The notes beneath the pieces were generated by a model. The model was not told the DNA's origin, made no database searches, and was given only the letters and a program-made list of their open reading frames with translations. Positions 50,340 to 62,319 of a DNA stretch of 64,000 nt are shown piece by piece. The first letter of the stretch is position 1; each line of letters begins with the position of its first letter. Source of the stretch: Mobula hypostoma (taxonomy: Eukaryota); the NCBI RefSeq assembly GCF_963921235.1, contig NC_086108.1, positions 34,722,001 to 34,786,000 of the forward strand, written 5' to 3'. The position numbers and the translations under genes were made by a program.

Positions 50340-51760
50340 TTAATGAAAAACCAGAAATGAATTCTAGATATTATTATATGTATAGTGTTCATGAAAGAAA
50401 GAATAGAGAGGAGGCAGCAAAATTGAAAGAAAATATTGCAAAGAGAGGATGTTCTGGAATGATCAAGATGAGAATTTATTAGGTGATAGTTAAGAAAGAA
50501 CTGAGGTGCCATGATGTGACTGGGAAACTGGAAATATTCCACATCCCTTTGAATAGGGAAGAAAGAAGCATTTTGCAAGGAAATTCAGCATGTGTAAAAG
50601 CCAGTGTGCGGAAAGAACAAGGAGCTTTAACTATCCAAATGTACCTTGAAGTAGTGATAATAGAAGGAACACAATAGGGTGGGGGATGAAGTTTTTGAGG
50701 TTTTGTTAGGAGAATTTTCTTGATTAGCATGTCTCTGGCCCAACAAGGAAGATGATGTCCCTTATCTTGGTTCTGAGTACTGAGCAAAGCCAACCAGAAC
50801 AGTTCTCAATATAGAAATGCTTGAGGATTAGAAAAGATATGGAGGAGGGTGTGGACAACTTTAATTAATTGGAGATGAGTCAAGTTCACTGCATTGAGAA
50901 AACATCTGGTTCAGCTAAATTGGAATCAAAGATTGGCAGAAAAAACTGTGGTTCAACAATGGGAGTCTGTTAAAACGAGGATTGTTTCAGGTAGAGACAA
51001 GGTAGAGTGTGTAGGAAGAGGAGTCAGTAGAAACATGTAGTTCTGAGTTGCAGGAAGTATGGGATGCAGGGAGAGATGATGAGAATTAATCTAAGGGAAT
51101 TGGGGGTGCAGGAATTCACATTAAAAGGGTTGCTGGGCATGAGTGAGAGAGCACAGGTCAGGGTATTTTTAGCTTTCTTAAGGGGTACAGGGTTTTTTAT
51201 AGGATATGATGGTTAAGCAGGAATAGGGTACTAAGATGGCCAAAGATGGGAGGATAAAGTGTAGGTTAGGGTATGTGTGTGAGTGGGTGAAGGGATTTAG
51301 AATGTAAGTCTATTATACACTCCGGAGCAGAAGGTGGCGGTAATGCACCATTAAGCTGGGTGCCAACCACCGTAAAACAAGAAGAAGAAGAAGGTGAAAA
51401 ATTGGGCAAGTAATGCTCCTTGGATAGCCATAGTGAGTAAAATGAAGCAGCTATGTTAGGGATATAACACATAATTTCAGTACAGCCTGGTCATAGAATG
51501 TTTAGACTGGAAATTATGAAAAAGAAATAAATAAGTATAAAACAAAGCTGGGAGACAATATAAAAAGAGAACCCCAAAATATATATTTTTTAAGCAGTGA
51601 AAGGGTTTTAAGTGAAGAGATAGGCGGATTAGAGACCAAGTAGGAAAGTAGGAGGTGGAGAGCCAAAATACCAAGTGATTAGTTTATGATCATCTTTGCC
51701 AAGAAAGAAGATGTTGCTGGAGTATGAGTAAAGGAAGATGTAGTTGAGTTAGGCCAGCTT
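50340..51760 (+). mobile_element. Very old CR1 ORF2 remnant
   Basis: Purine-rich, with weak CR1-like translated patches. Confidence 0.45.
51004..51390 (+). mobile_element. I/Nimb-clade LINE 3' end
   Basis: Manual translation across two frameshifts: EEESVE/HVVLSCRKY...FLAFLRGTGFF/RI*; 3'UTR GGTGGCGGTAATGCACC and (GAA)n tail; candidate TSD AAGGT. Confidence 0.72.
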
Positions 51761-54700
51761 CCATGTTATATAACTTAATTAAACTTTATGACCCTTTGAG
51801 GGGTTTTGACAAAATGAGATCACTAGAGAAGTGGGATTTGCTCTCTTCGGATCAGACGAGGTTAGAGGAGATCCGGTGGAGTTATTTAAAATAGTTGGGA
51901 CTGGACAGAACAGGATCCAGAGAATGTAGAGTGAATGTAATTGGAAAAAGAAGCAATACTGATAGTAGGAAAAGCCTTACAACACTTTCATTTCATTCCA
52001 TAGCAGCAGTATTGACATGGTTCAGATGGAGTTCCCTTATCCCACCATTTTTGTATGATTCTTTAGGCATTCACTTTGATCATGTGATCCATTTCTAGAT
52101 CTGAGTGCTAACCAGAACAAACAGTTCACAAGTCAGCACTTAACAAGAACAGAGCTTAGGTTCAGACAGGTTCCGGCAGACCGTGATAGATCAAGGATTT
52201 CAATTAACTATGTTTCTCTTTTCATAGATGCTTTGTGAACTGCTGGGTATCTCCAGTATTTTCTGTTTTTATTTCAGCTTTCCGGCATTTGCTGTGTTTT
52301 ACTTTCCTGGGTCAAACTGGAAGTAGTTGAATGGCTTTCTCCAGAACAGTAATGTCCGTGATTGCAGTGTTTCAGACTTTAAAGGGTTAAAATCAACTGT
52401 TCTGTTTTTAAAACCTTGTTAAGAACTTCTTTCATTTGAAAATGAAGTAAAGAATTTACAAAAATGGAGGGAGATGATATGTTTGAGGAAGATTAAGTGA
52501 GACCCGGTTTTTTGTGGTATTCTTAATTTGCACAGTGAAGTGAATTCAGTCATAAAAATGTGCGACAATGACACTCCTTCCATCTGCAACCAAGAGACCT
52601 CGTCTATTAAATGCCAATAATTTCTATTTACAGTAAATTTTAGTGCTTATAAATCTGCACCGTTTTGATAAGAATTAGAGCCAGACATTCCCAAACTTCT
52701 CCTTTCAAACTGGCAGGTGAGAATGAGCTTTTCAATGACTATGGTACAGGTTATGGTACTTCAAGGCTAACTTTATGGAAATATGATGTCAATGTGTAGG
52801 ATTATGCATGCTTTTGTATCTGTAGTGGATTGATTATATGAATGGCACTGCTTCTGAATGATAAGGAAAGACGCAGGTACTTTTTTTTTCTTAAATTCTC
52901 AATGAAAAATGCCACAACAGTTCCTCACTGTTTTGATTAATGGATTTTGACCCAAATGTAATCCATCCGGGAGAGGAGAGGGAATCTGAATTCAGTTTGA
53001 TAAAGCTTCCTTTTGTGCAAGTTCTCTTTGTATTTAATAAAGAATTTCAAGAAATATGTGCGATGTGCATTAGTATGGACAGGCTGTATTGTGTTCTCAT
53101 TTTATTTCATCTTACTCCTTTCTCTCTAATGCATTTGTCCATGTTTGCATGCATTTCCTTTCTCTCCGTTCATGCATCACATTTTGTGGCTGTGCTGCAA
53201 TGCGCTGTGGTTTCAATTGAGTAACACAAGAGGTCCCTACTGGGCATTGATCAATGTTGTACGGTTACATGGACCATTAAGCTCTGTATATAGCGTCCCA
53301 GCAACACAGTTACAATATCAGAATCACACACCCTGCATCATCGATGTCATATTTTCCCCATGCTTTGTCATGTTGTCCAATTTGTAAAATCTGGATTAGA
53401 GCAGTGGCAGCAGACATTGCAAAACGTTTTGAAGACAACGCAGGATTCTTCGTGTTGTCAGTGAACTAGGAAAAAGTGACAGTCATTCACATAGCCTCAC
53501 TGTTTATTCTGCAACAGGTGCCTTTCGTCACATCTGATTTGTGAGCAGCAGTGGGTAGGGTGTCATCGGTTCACTTTGAAATGACGTGTGCACCCTTGAT
53601 GTACAATTTAATTTTCATTTAACATGTTTTAGTAGGAACTGAGCCGAGGTGGGCAAAATCAAAATAACCAGACAGTGACCATGGATTATTGCCATGTGTC
53701 TTTCTGGTGTAAAATCCATTCTCAGAAGCAGGAAAAAGAGAACACAAAAAAATAAGAACAGGATTAGGCCATACAACCCCTCAGGCTTACATTATCAATC
53801 AGTATTATCACAGCTGACCTGCCCCAGGTCTTTTCTGCTCATTTGTGCCAGACCTACATAGCCCTCAATTCCCCAATCTTACAAGATCTTTATCTGCCTC
53901 CTCTTCAAATCCTTCTCCAGATTACTCTGGGCGGGGGAATCCAGGTTCACCACACTCTGAGAAGCAGTGGGGGACCTAAAGGGCTGGATTTGTGTAAGTC
54001 GCTAAAAGTCTGCATTAGGCTTTCTAGTCGTCTGGTGCATTAACACGTGGGGACCTTGGACAGGTGTGGTGGAGTCTATAGACTCCACGTGGACTGAGTC
54101 AGTCACCCAAAAACTGCTAGAGAAGCAAGTCATCCTCAATCCAAGGTGAGAAGAACATTCTCACAACAAGCTCTTGGAGTAAGCACTGTGAGCATATTCT
54201 TTTCTTAGCCTGTTCCTCAGGATTGATGATGATTTACTTTAATTCCAGTGTAATTAATGAGGCACCCTTAATTATTGATATTCATGGCTTATTCTTCTTC
54301 ACTTTAAACATTAAAGTTTAAAGGGACCCCTTGCTTAATGGTATTGGTCCATGGCATAAAAATGGTTGGAAACCCTTGCTTTAAAGTATCCTGCTATATT
54401 CCTAACCACTACACTTCCCCCAGCCTACACCACCACTGGAGCTGCTGAATAATAATAGTGACCATGTCTTATCATCAGAAGTTTGTCTCAGATGTCTTCC
54501 CTTTGTGGGCATCACTAGCAAGATATTATCAGAATTTATTCTCTTTAGTTGGTTGCTCTTGCGCATATGAAAGCAAGGTTACTTGAACTACAGATGTCTG
54601 TGTGGTGATGGTGCTCCAAACTTTCGTGCAATCCTTCTTCCTTCACCTTAGGGTAACTAAGGAGATTATGGAGTGCAATATGTCATGGTGCAAATTAATG

Positions 54701-55546
54701 ATGGTATTATCTGAAACATTAGCATAGTCTTCGGACCACAATGAGGCCACTGACCTCAACTGGTCAATGCCATTGTTTGAATTCCTTTGACCTTTTCCCC
54801 CACTTGTTCCATCATGTCCTGTCTCTTTAGCAAACCAAAATGCAGATGCTGAAAACCTGAAATCACAACCAAAACCAAAATACTCAGCATATCAGGCAGC
54901 GTCTGTGGAAAGAGAAGCATGTCAGTGCTAAGATTTCAAATCAGAGCCTAGCATCAGAATTCAGTCATCCTTTGCTTTGTATGCCCTTCAGTGGCTTCTG
55001 TTTCTGACCAGGTGTAGACTTGGTTGTCTGAAGAAGCCTATCTGACTCTATGACCAAAATAAATTATAGCTTTGTGTGAATGTACACCTGCTTTAGGCTT
55101 CTGCCTTTAAAAAGATAAAATTAAGCTCTGGAATGGAATGTCATTTTGACACTTCTCACTTTCTCTATTGGAAATGAATTACTTTACATGTTAATTTGTC
55201 AAACCACCTCCTGAGATGTTTAGTGTTGAAAAGTGAAGGGAGCCATTTGCAGCACAGATGAGCTTTATACAAAAGCAGCACCATCTGTGAAGTCAGAAGC
55301 AATTGCTTAGAAAAATCGAGTGACAGACAAAAAACAAAAACAAACCGGTGAAAGAGCTTTTTAAAAAGTTGTTGGGGTGGTTTTCAGCTGAGCCGTGTGA
55401 AAGCCTGTCTTTGCACATGCCTGTTGGCAGCTGCTTATGAACTCATCGCTGCTGTGCCAGCACGAGAAAATCTGCAGATCCAAGCAACACACACCAAATG
55501 CTGGAGGAACTCAGCAGGTCAGGCAGCAACTATGGAAAAGAGTAAA

Positions 55547-55584
55547 CAGTTGATATTTCAGACTGAGATCCTTCATCAGGACTG
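55547..55584 (-). ncRNA. Type I hammerhead ribozyme motif
   Basis: CAGTC-CTGATGA-AGGATCTCAGTCT-GAAA-TATC-AACTG. Confidence 0.7.
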
Positions 55585-56574
55585 GAAAACACGATGAGAG
55601 GTTAGAGTGTGAAGGTGGGGGAGGGGAGGAAGAAGTACAAGATGGTAAGTGATAGGTGAAACCAGGAGAGGGAGTGGGGATGAAGTAAAGAGCTGGGAAG
55701 TTGATTGGTGAAAGAGATAAAAGGCTGGAGAAGGGGGCAACACACACAAAATGCTGGAGGAACGCAACGGGCCAGGCAGTATCTATGGAAAAGAGTACAG
55801 TTCACATTTCGGGACAAGAGAAGGGGCTATCTGATAGGAGAGAGTAGCGGACCATGGAAGAAAGGGAAGGGAGAAGAATGTTAGAGGGAGGTGATAATGT
55901 GAGAGAGGGAAATGGGAATGGGAGAATGGTGAAGGGGGGTGAGATAATTACTGGAAGTTTGAGATATTGATGTTCATGCCATCAGCTTAGAGGCTATGCA
56001 GCTGGAACACAAATGGAGTGTGGCCTCATCATGGCGATAGAGGAGGCCATAGATTGTTTCGGAATTGGGAGAGGGTTTCGCCGAACACCTATGCTCTGCC
56101 TACCAGGAAAAATAGGATTTCCCGGTGGCCACCCATTTCAATTCCACTATGTCAGTCCATGGTCTCCTCTACTGTTCGATGAGGCAGCACTCAGGTTGGA
56201 GGATCAATACCTTATATTCCATCTGGGTAGCCTCCTACCTGATGGCATGACCATCAGTTTCTTGAACATCCAGTAATTGCTCTTCCCCTCCATTGCATTG
56301 TTTCACCATTTCCCATTCTTGTTTCCCTCTCTCACCTTATCTTCTTACCTGCCCATCACCTCCCCCTGGTGCTCCTCCCCTTCGCTTTCTTCCATGAACT
56401 TCTACCTTCGCCTATCAGATTCCCCCTTCTCCAGCCCTTTTTCTCTTTCACCTATCAACTTCCCAGCTCTTTACTTCACCCCTTCCCCCTCCCAGATTCA
56501 TCTATCACCTGCCACTTAGTACTTCTTAATGCCCTCCCCCAATCTTCATACTCTGACTTCTCATCTTTTTTCTC

Positions 56575-56612
56575 CAGTTCTGATGAAGCGTCTTGGCCTA
56601 AAATGTCGACTG
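56575..56612 (+). ncRNA. Hammerhead motif with core mutation (GAAA to AAAA)
   Basis: CAGTT-CTGATGA-AGCGTCTTGGCCT-AAAA-TGTC-GACTG. Confidence 0.6.
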
Positions 56613-56911
56613 TTTACTCATTTCCATAGATGCTGCCTGGCCTGCTGAGTTCCTCCAACATTTTGTGTGCACTGCTGTGCCTGCACTACATTGACTGGGT
56701 TGTCAGATTAAGCAAGGGGGAAAATGCAGGTAAAATAAGAGCACGGTGCTCCCCTCTACTTATGGACAATCATCCCCACACCACTGTGACACATGCTCAC
56801 TCGATGGAGTGGCCCAATCAGCTCGGGTCAAGAGTTGTCTCAAGCTCCTGTGAGCTGCAAGCCAATGAAGAACCAGTGATCATTGAAAATCGTGATCTTG
56901 AAAATTGCTGT

Positions 56912-57049
56912 CACAAGCAATCGAAGATCTGCAGACGCTGGAAATCCAAGCAACACACCCAGAATGCTGGAGGAACTCAGCCAGCCAGGCAGCACCAGTG
57001 GAAAAGAGTAAACAGTCGACATTTCAGGCTGAGATCCTTCATCAGAACC
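56912..57049 (-). mobile_element. 138-bp solo PLE terminal unit with perfect 15-bp TSD
   Basis: CTTGAAAATTGCTGT at 56897-56911 and 57050-57064. Confidence 0.88.
57013..57049 (-). ncRNA. Type I hammerhead ribozyme motif (intact core)
   Basis: GGTT-CTGATGA-AGGATCTCAGCCT-GAAA-TGTC-GACTG; 4-bp stem I; GUC triplet. Confidence 0.75.
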
Positions 57050-57547
57050 CTTGAAAATTGCTGTGATCTGTGAAAGAAATTGCCTATCATTGTGCCAGGG
57101 ATGGAAAAGTAAGGCTCAAAGCACAAAAGCAATGCATTAGAGAGTTAGTGCAGCCTCTTTATCAGGAACCTTTTTCCTGAACACTGTGCCATGTACTCCT
57201 GAGCTGATTCAGAGTTCATGCGTCTCCCCTACAAGTTACAGTTTCTGTCTTGCTGATGGGAATGACACTGCACGAATTTGTGATGTCATCAGGTGGTGTC
57301 AGAAGCTGGACAGGCTAAGGGGAATCTGGGGTCAGTCTTTGTTTCTTTGATTCTATTCTTTTTCTTTGTTCTGCTGTGAATGCCTGCAAGAAAATGAATC
57401 TCAGAATCGTACTTGGCGACGTATGCGTACTCTGATAACAAAATTACTTTGAACTTTAGAACTTTGAGTGCCTGGGGCAATTGTCTTGTTCTTGCTAAAT
57501 GCAAAAAATAACCAGCATGAAATGGAATTTACTTTCAAAACACTCAC

Positions 57548-59012
57548 TGTCACAGTGGCGGGGGCATAGGGAGCAAGGGTGGACCCAAATGCTGAGACAC
57601 ATCTTGTGAGGTTACTTAGATTTAGTTTATTGTTGGATACCAAGAAAGCAAAGCAGAAGCAGGAATAACGAACAGGATAAGGACTCAGGACTACGACTAG
57701 GCTGGGACCAAGGGTCTGGACTTGGACTAGGAATCGGCTCCCAGAACTAGAGGAGACATGAAGAGGCTAGGGTATGGACTCCGAGCCCAAGACTGGGCAA
57801 GGACCCAGTACCTGGGTCTTGCCTCAGGCTTGGACCCCAGAACCAGGCATGGAGAGGAGGAACATAGAAAACAGAGCCTCGGTCTCGGGAGAGCAGGTAC
57901 ATGGAACCATGGACACATACACAGAACACAGAGTCGGGAGCCCTCCTTGGGTACAGGACATAGGGCCGGGACTCACACACAGAACAGCGACCCGGGACCC
58001 CTCCTTGGGTACAGGACATAGGGCCGGAACTCACACACAGAACAGAGAGCCAAGACCCCTCCTTGGGTACAGGACATAGGGCCAGGACTCATGACCCTCC
58101 GCGGGGCAACGGCAAGACGGCCTGACTTACCCCACGGAGGCGAGGACAAGACAAGACATGACTCCCCGCAGGGCAACGGCAATACAGCGTGACCTACCCC
58201 ACAGAGGCAAGGACAAGACAAGACATGACCAACACGAAAGAACACCAGACAGTACCTATCTAGCTCCAGCAATAGAACTAGACCGAAGTGCAGACGAGGG
58301 CTAGAGGCGAGAGGGGCAGAGAGGGGATTCAGACAGGGGGGGTAGGACAGGAATCACAGACTGCCAGGGCCAGGACTTGATTCAGAACTGGGAAGCTGCC
58401 AGGGACAGGACTTGACTTGGTACTTGAATGCTGCCAGGGCCACGACTTGACTGGGTACGTGAATGCTGCCAGGGCCAGGACTTGACTTGGTACGTGAATG
58501 CTGCCAGGGACAGGACTTGACTTGGTACTTGAATGCCACTAGGGCCAGGACTTGGACTTGGAACTTGAATGCCCCCGGAGCCAGGACTTGACTTGGAGCC
58601 TCCAGGTAGTGGTGAGCTCTCGACTTGGCCTGGGAACAGTAGACAGCGGTTCTTGATTCCCTCCGGCGGGTTAACTGACGGACCCACCTCAGTGAGGAAA
58701 CTTTGCAGGCTCGCTTTGGCGAGGTAACTAGACAGGGTTGCTCCAGTGAGGAGAGGTGAATTACCGGCACTCGCTTCGGGTGGAGACTAGGCTTGCTCTA
58801 GCCAGATGACATTGGCACGCCGTACCTTGGTGACTTTGCAAACGCTCCCGCGCCGAACGGCTGAAAGCTGGACACTATAAACTACCGGTTCAGCCGAGCA
58901 TTAATTGCCTCTAATCACCAAAGTCGAGGGACACGGGAAAACAGGGAATCAACGGTCTGGATCGTAACATAAACAAGGTAAATTTAAAGGGACCCCGATC
59001 CGGACCATGACA
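57548..59012 (-). mobile_element. Solo LTR (1465 bp), probably Ty3/Gypsy, with internal tandem repeats
   Basis: Termini TGTCA...TGACA; 5-bp TSD CTCAC (57543-57547, 59013-59017); minus-strand AATAAA near 57626. Confidence 0.88.
57916..58600. repeat. Minisatellites within the LTR
   Basis: ~58-bp unit x3 (57916-58089), a second ~55-bp unit x2 (~58095-58230), and a ~35-bp unit GCTGCCAGGGACAGGACTTGACTTGGTACTTGAAT x~7 (58360-58600). Confidence 0.85.
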
Positions 59013-59992
59013 CTCACACAAAAAAGCACAGAAAAAATAGTACAATTTCACAATAACTGACTTATTAATACATTTATCCTTATACTTTGTGATTTCTTAT
59101 TGCAGTGTCATGACTGAAATTGTAGTTAGAGTTTGTCATGGGTTATTGATCTACACAGATTCCAGCTTTGAAACCTAGCCTGCACTGGGCCAGTGAGGTC
59201 CTGCTAAAGGAGATGGCAGTATAATTTGTATCATCGTCCATCATTCCATAGTGAAGTGACAGAAATAATGCACTTAAAACAGTTGATGTGAAAGCATGTA
59301 CTTAATCTGATGTCTTTGTGTTCTTGATAGCTTAATAAATATTGCAACTTCCCTCAGGAAAGCTTGGTAATGACCTTGGGGCAAGCACAGGACCTCTGCT
59401 TTGTCTTTGTGAGCAGGGAAACTTGTAGGCGGTTTTATCACCAGAGAAAGACAATAGATAATTAGAGGATAAGATGTTCTGTTAAAGTCCCTCATGGTCC
59501 GTCACAAGTAGTATCCAGCATTTATGCCATCAAGTTATCTCAACCTGTCTTTTGGTGTCAGTTTCAAACAAGAGATTTACTTCAGTTATTTTTATCAGCT
59601 TCATTTCCCTCTGCCTATTAGTTTAATTACATTTTTGTTTACTGAATTCTTGAGTTTCATCTAATAAGACATCATGCATGTTTGCAGGTCTCGAGGTAAA
59701 CCCTTTCTGATCAGTGTGCCCCGTCACTTGATATCTGAGCAGGTTATCAACTCCTCTTGCGTACACATCTGCGGATTTTCTGTTTTACATAAACGTAGAA
59801 TTAAAATGTGTTTACAACTTGACTGGAAACCTAGAATATATTTTCCTATTACTCTTAAGTGCTTGCAGTTGCCCCAGAATGCTTCACAAACCTTATGCTC
59901 ATCAACATTTGGATCCTTTACATCCCCCACTGACTTCACTCAGTCATTTAGCACTGAATGATCTCAACCGCCGTAAATAAGATAGAGTTGAT

Positions 59993-60630
59993 AAACATGA
60001 GAGATTCTGCAAAAGCTGAAATCCAGTATAACAAACACGAATGCTGGAGGAACTCAGCAGGTCAGGCAGCAGCTATGGAGAGAAATGAAGACTGAATGTT
60101 TCAGGCTGAGACCTTTCATCAGGAAATGGAAGGAAGGGAGAAGAAGCCAGATTAGAAGGTGTGGGGAGGGGAAGGAGGATAAGCTAGAAGATGATAGGTA
60201 AAGCCAGATAAGGTAGATGGGCGAGGTAGGTTGATGATGTCAGAAACTGTGAGCTGATAGGTGGAAAAAATAAAGGGCTGAAGAAGAAGGAATCTGATAG
60301 GAGAGGAGAGTGGGCCATGGAGACAGAGAACGAAGTAGGTCATCTTAAAGAGGGTTGATAAGCAGGTGAGGAGAGGAGAAGGGATAAGAGGGGAGCCAGA
60401 ATGGGAAGGGAGAGAATGGGGAAGAGTGAAAGTGCAGAAATTACTGGAATTTGAAGAAATGAATGCTCATGCCATCAGGTGTTGCTCCTCTAACCCGAGA
60501 GTAACCTCATCATGTCAGTAGAGGAGGCCATGGACTGACATGTTGGGATGGGAATGGGGATTAGAATTAAAATGTTTGACCATCAGTAAATTCTCCCTGT
60601 TGTGGATGGAGCAAAGGTGCTCAACAAAGT
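59993..60630 (-). mobile_element. PLE 3' portion (GIY-YIG tail, 3'UTR, hammerhead core at ~60090-60125)
   Basis: Homologous to 55459-56671; the minus strand reads CTGATGA-AAGGTCTCAGCCT-GAAA-CATT. Confidence 0.8.
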
Positions 60631-60949
60631 AGAGTTTTTTTTTCTCTAGGAAGATGAGTCTTGGAATTTCCCTACTCAGTGAAAGTAGGGAGCAGAATCT
60701 TTGAATATTTTCAAAGCAGAGGTGGATAGATTCTTCACGAACGAGGGGTAAATATGACCAAAAGCAGGTAGGAATGTAAAGATGAAGCTACAGTTAGATC
60801 ACCCATGATCTGATTGAATAGGAGATTAAAATTGTTGAGTGGCCAACTAATAAACTTCTGATTCGTACGTTGGTGAGTGTGGGTGTGGCTGCGTCTAAGT
60901 CACGTACCTCTGAAATTCCCTCCACCGTTCTAACTCCTTCTCTTTGTTC

Positions 60950-61262
60950 ACATAATGTACTGGGTGGGCACAGGAGTACATTCAACCAGAGACTCATTCC
61001 TCCAAGATGCGGCACAGAGCATCATAGGAAGTAATTCCCGCCTGTGGCCATCAAACTTTACAACTCCCCCCTTAGAGGGTCAGACACCCTGTGCCGATAG
61101 GCTGGTCCTGGACTTATTTCATAATTTACTGGCATAATTTACATATTACTATTTAACTATTTATGGTTCTATTACTATTTATTATTTATGGTGCAACTGT
61201 AACAAAAAACAATTTCCCCCTGGGATCAATAAAGTATGACTATGACTATGACTATGACTATG
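60950..61262 (+). mobile_element. Young Rex1 3' fragment with (TATGAC)n tail
   Basis: Highly similar to 32320-32600. Confidence 0.88.
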
Positions 61263-62319
61263 TCTTTCATGACACACCCTGAAACCTGCAACCATCCAAA
61301 CTTTCAGCCACCTAGTGTGGCTCCATCTTTTGTTCAGTCACACTCAGTTTGATTTCACACCTGCCAAGCATTGTCAAATTAAGGATGCTACGTGAATGCA
61401 GGTTACTGAACACTGATGATGTTGAAGTACAGCAACTTGAAATCCAGAAGCCTAAGAAAAAACCTCAGTTGCTGTGTTTACAGTGTGAGTAACACATAAA
61501 CGGAATATGGATTATTTAGTTATCAGTTGGCAACATCATCACGTAACACGAAGGATAGTCCATGACTCACACCCAGTAATAAATATAGCAGTTCTTTGTT
61601 CATAAAAAGCACCCCTAGAATTTACAACAAGGACCAAATTCTTGCCAGTGAATGCAAATACATTGTGTTACCAAGTTTCTATGTTGAAGTGTTTTTCCAA
61701 AGTGTTGGTGGTAATGGAAAGGGCAGAATTAACTTATTGAGGATTCCCTGAGAATTCGGTTCGGTTTCTGCTCCCTGGAGTTTTGGTTTTCTGCGAGATA
61801 CTGTAAGTAAGAGGAGATTGTGTCACTCTGGAAAGGTGGGACCTTACAGCTGGAAGTCTGCAACTGCTGTAAGTCTAGGTAATGGCACGGGAGACTTGAG
61901 TCGCTGTGTAAGCACTAAAGGGTTTTGCCTCAGTACTGCTGAGCAAGCTCCTAGTAACTGCTGCTGAGTCCAAGAAGCTTAAGTGGTGTCAGGCTTTTCT
62001 GAAAACATACATTTAATAGGATCTATATGAATATTTTATAAGGAATACCAAATATTGAGTTGCAATAAGAAATAACTTTTCAAAATAGAGTTTGAGGAAC
62101 GTTATCGGTATGTGGCACCTGGGCTTTTCTTTAGTTTTCAGATAAACATATTTCCTTTATGTGAAGTTGCATAACTTATTAAATTAATATTCATTGGATT
62201 CTGACCATTAAATATGCATTTTAATCCAATTGCTTTGCACAATTAGAAAAATGAAGGTGCTGCAGTGTCAAGACAAAAGCTGGGCCGGAGGAACAATCAA
62301 ATCTTCATGAAGTTGATTA

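Larger units (their letters stand above)
55459..56671. mobile_element. Penelope-like element, 1.2-kb head-to-head inverted insertion with GIY-YIG C-terminal remnant
   Basis: Right arm translates FAEHL...FPVATHFNS...GLLYC/DEAALRLEDQYLIFHLGSLLPDGM; mirrored left arm; TSD CTGCTGTGCC(A/T)GCAC at 55449-55463 and 56672-56686. Confidence 0.88.

Noticed and set aside
58360..58600. CRISPR-like array
   Set aside because: The units are contiguous tandem repeats without unique spacers, inside an LTR, with no cas genes, in a vertebrate context.
61740..61810. Coding exon ending at CT|GTAAGT
   Set aside because: No clear acceptor and no recognisable peptide.
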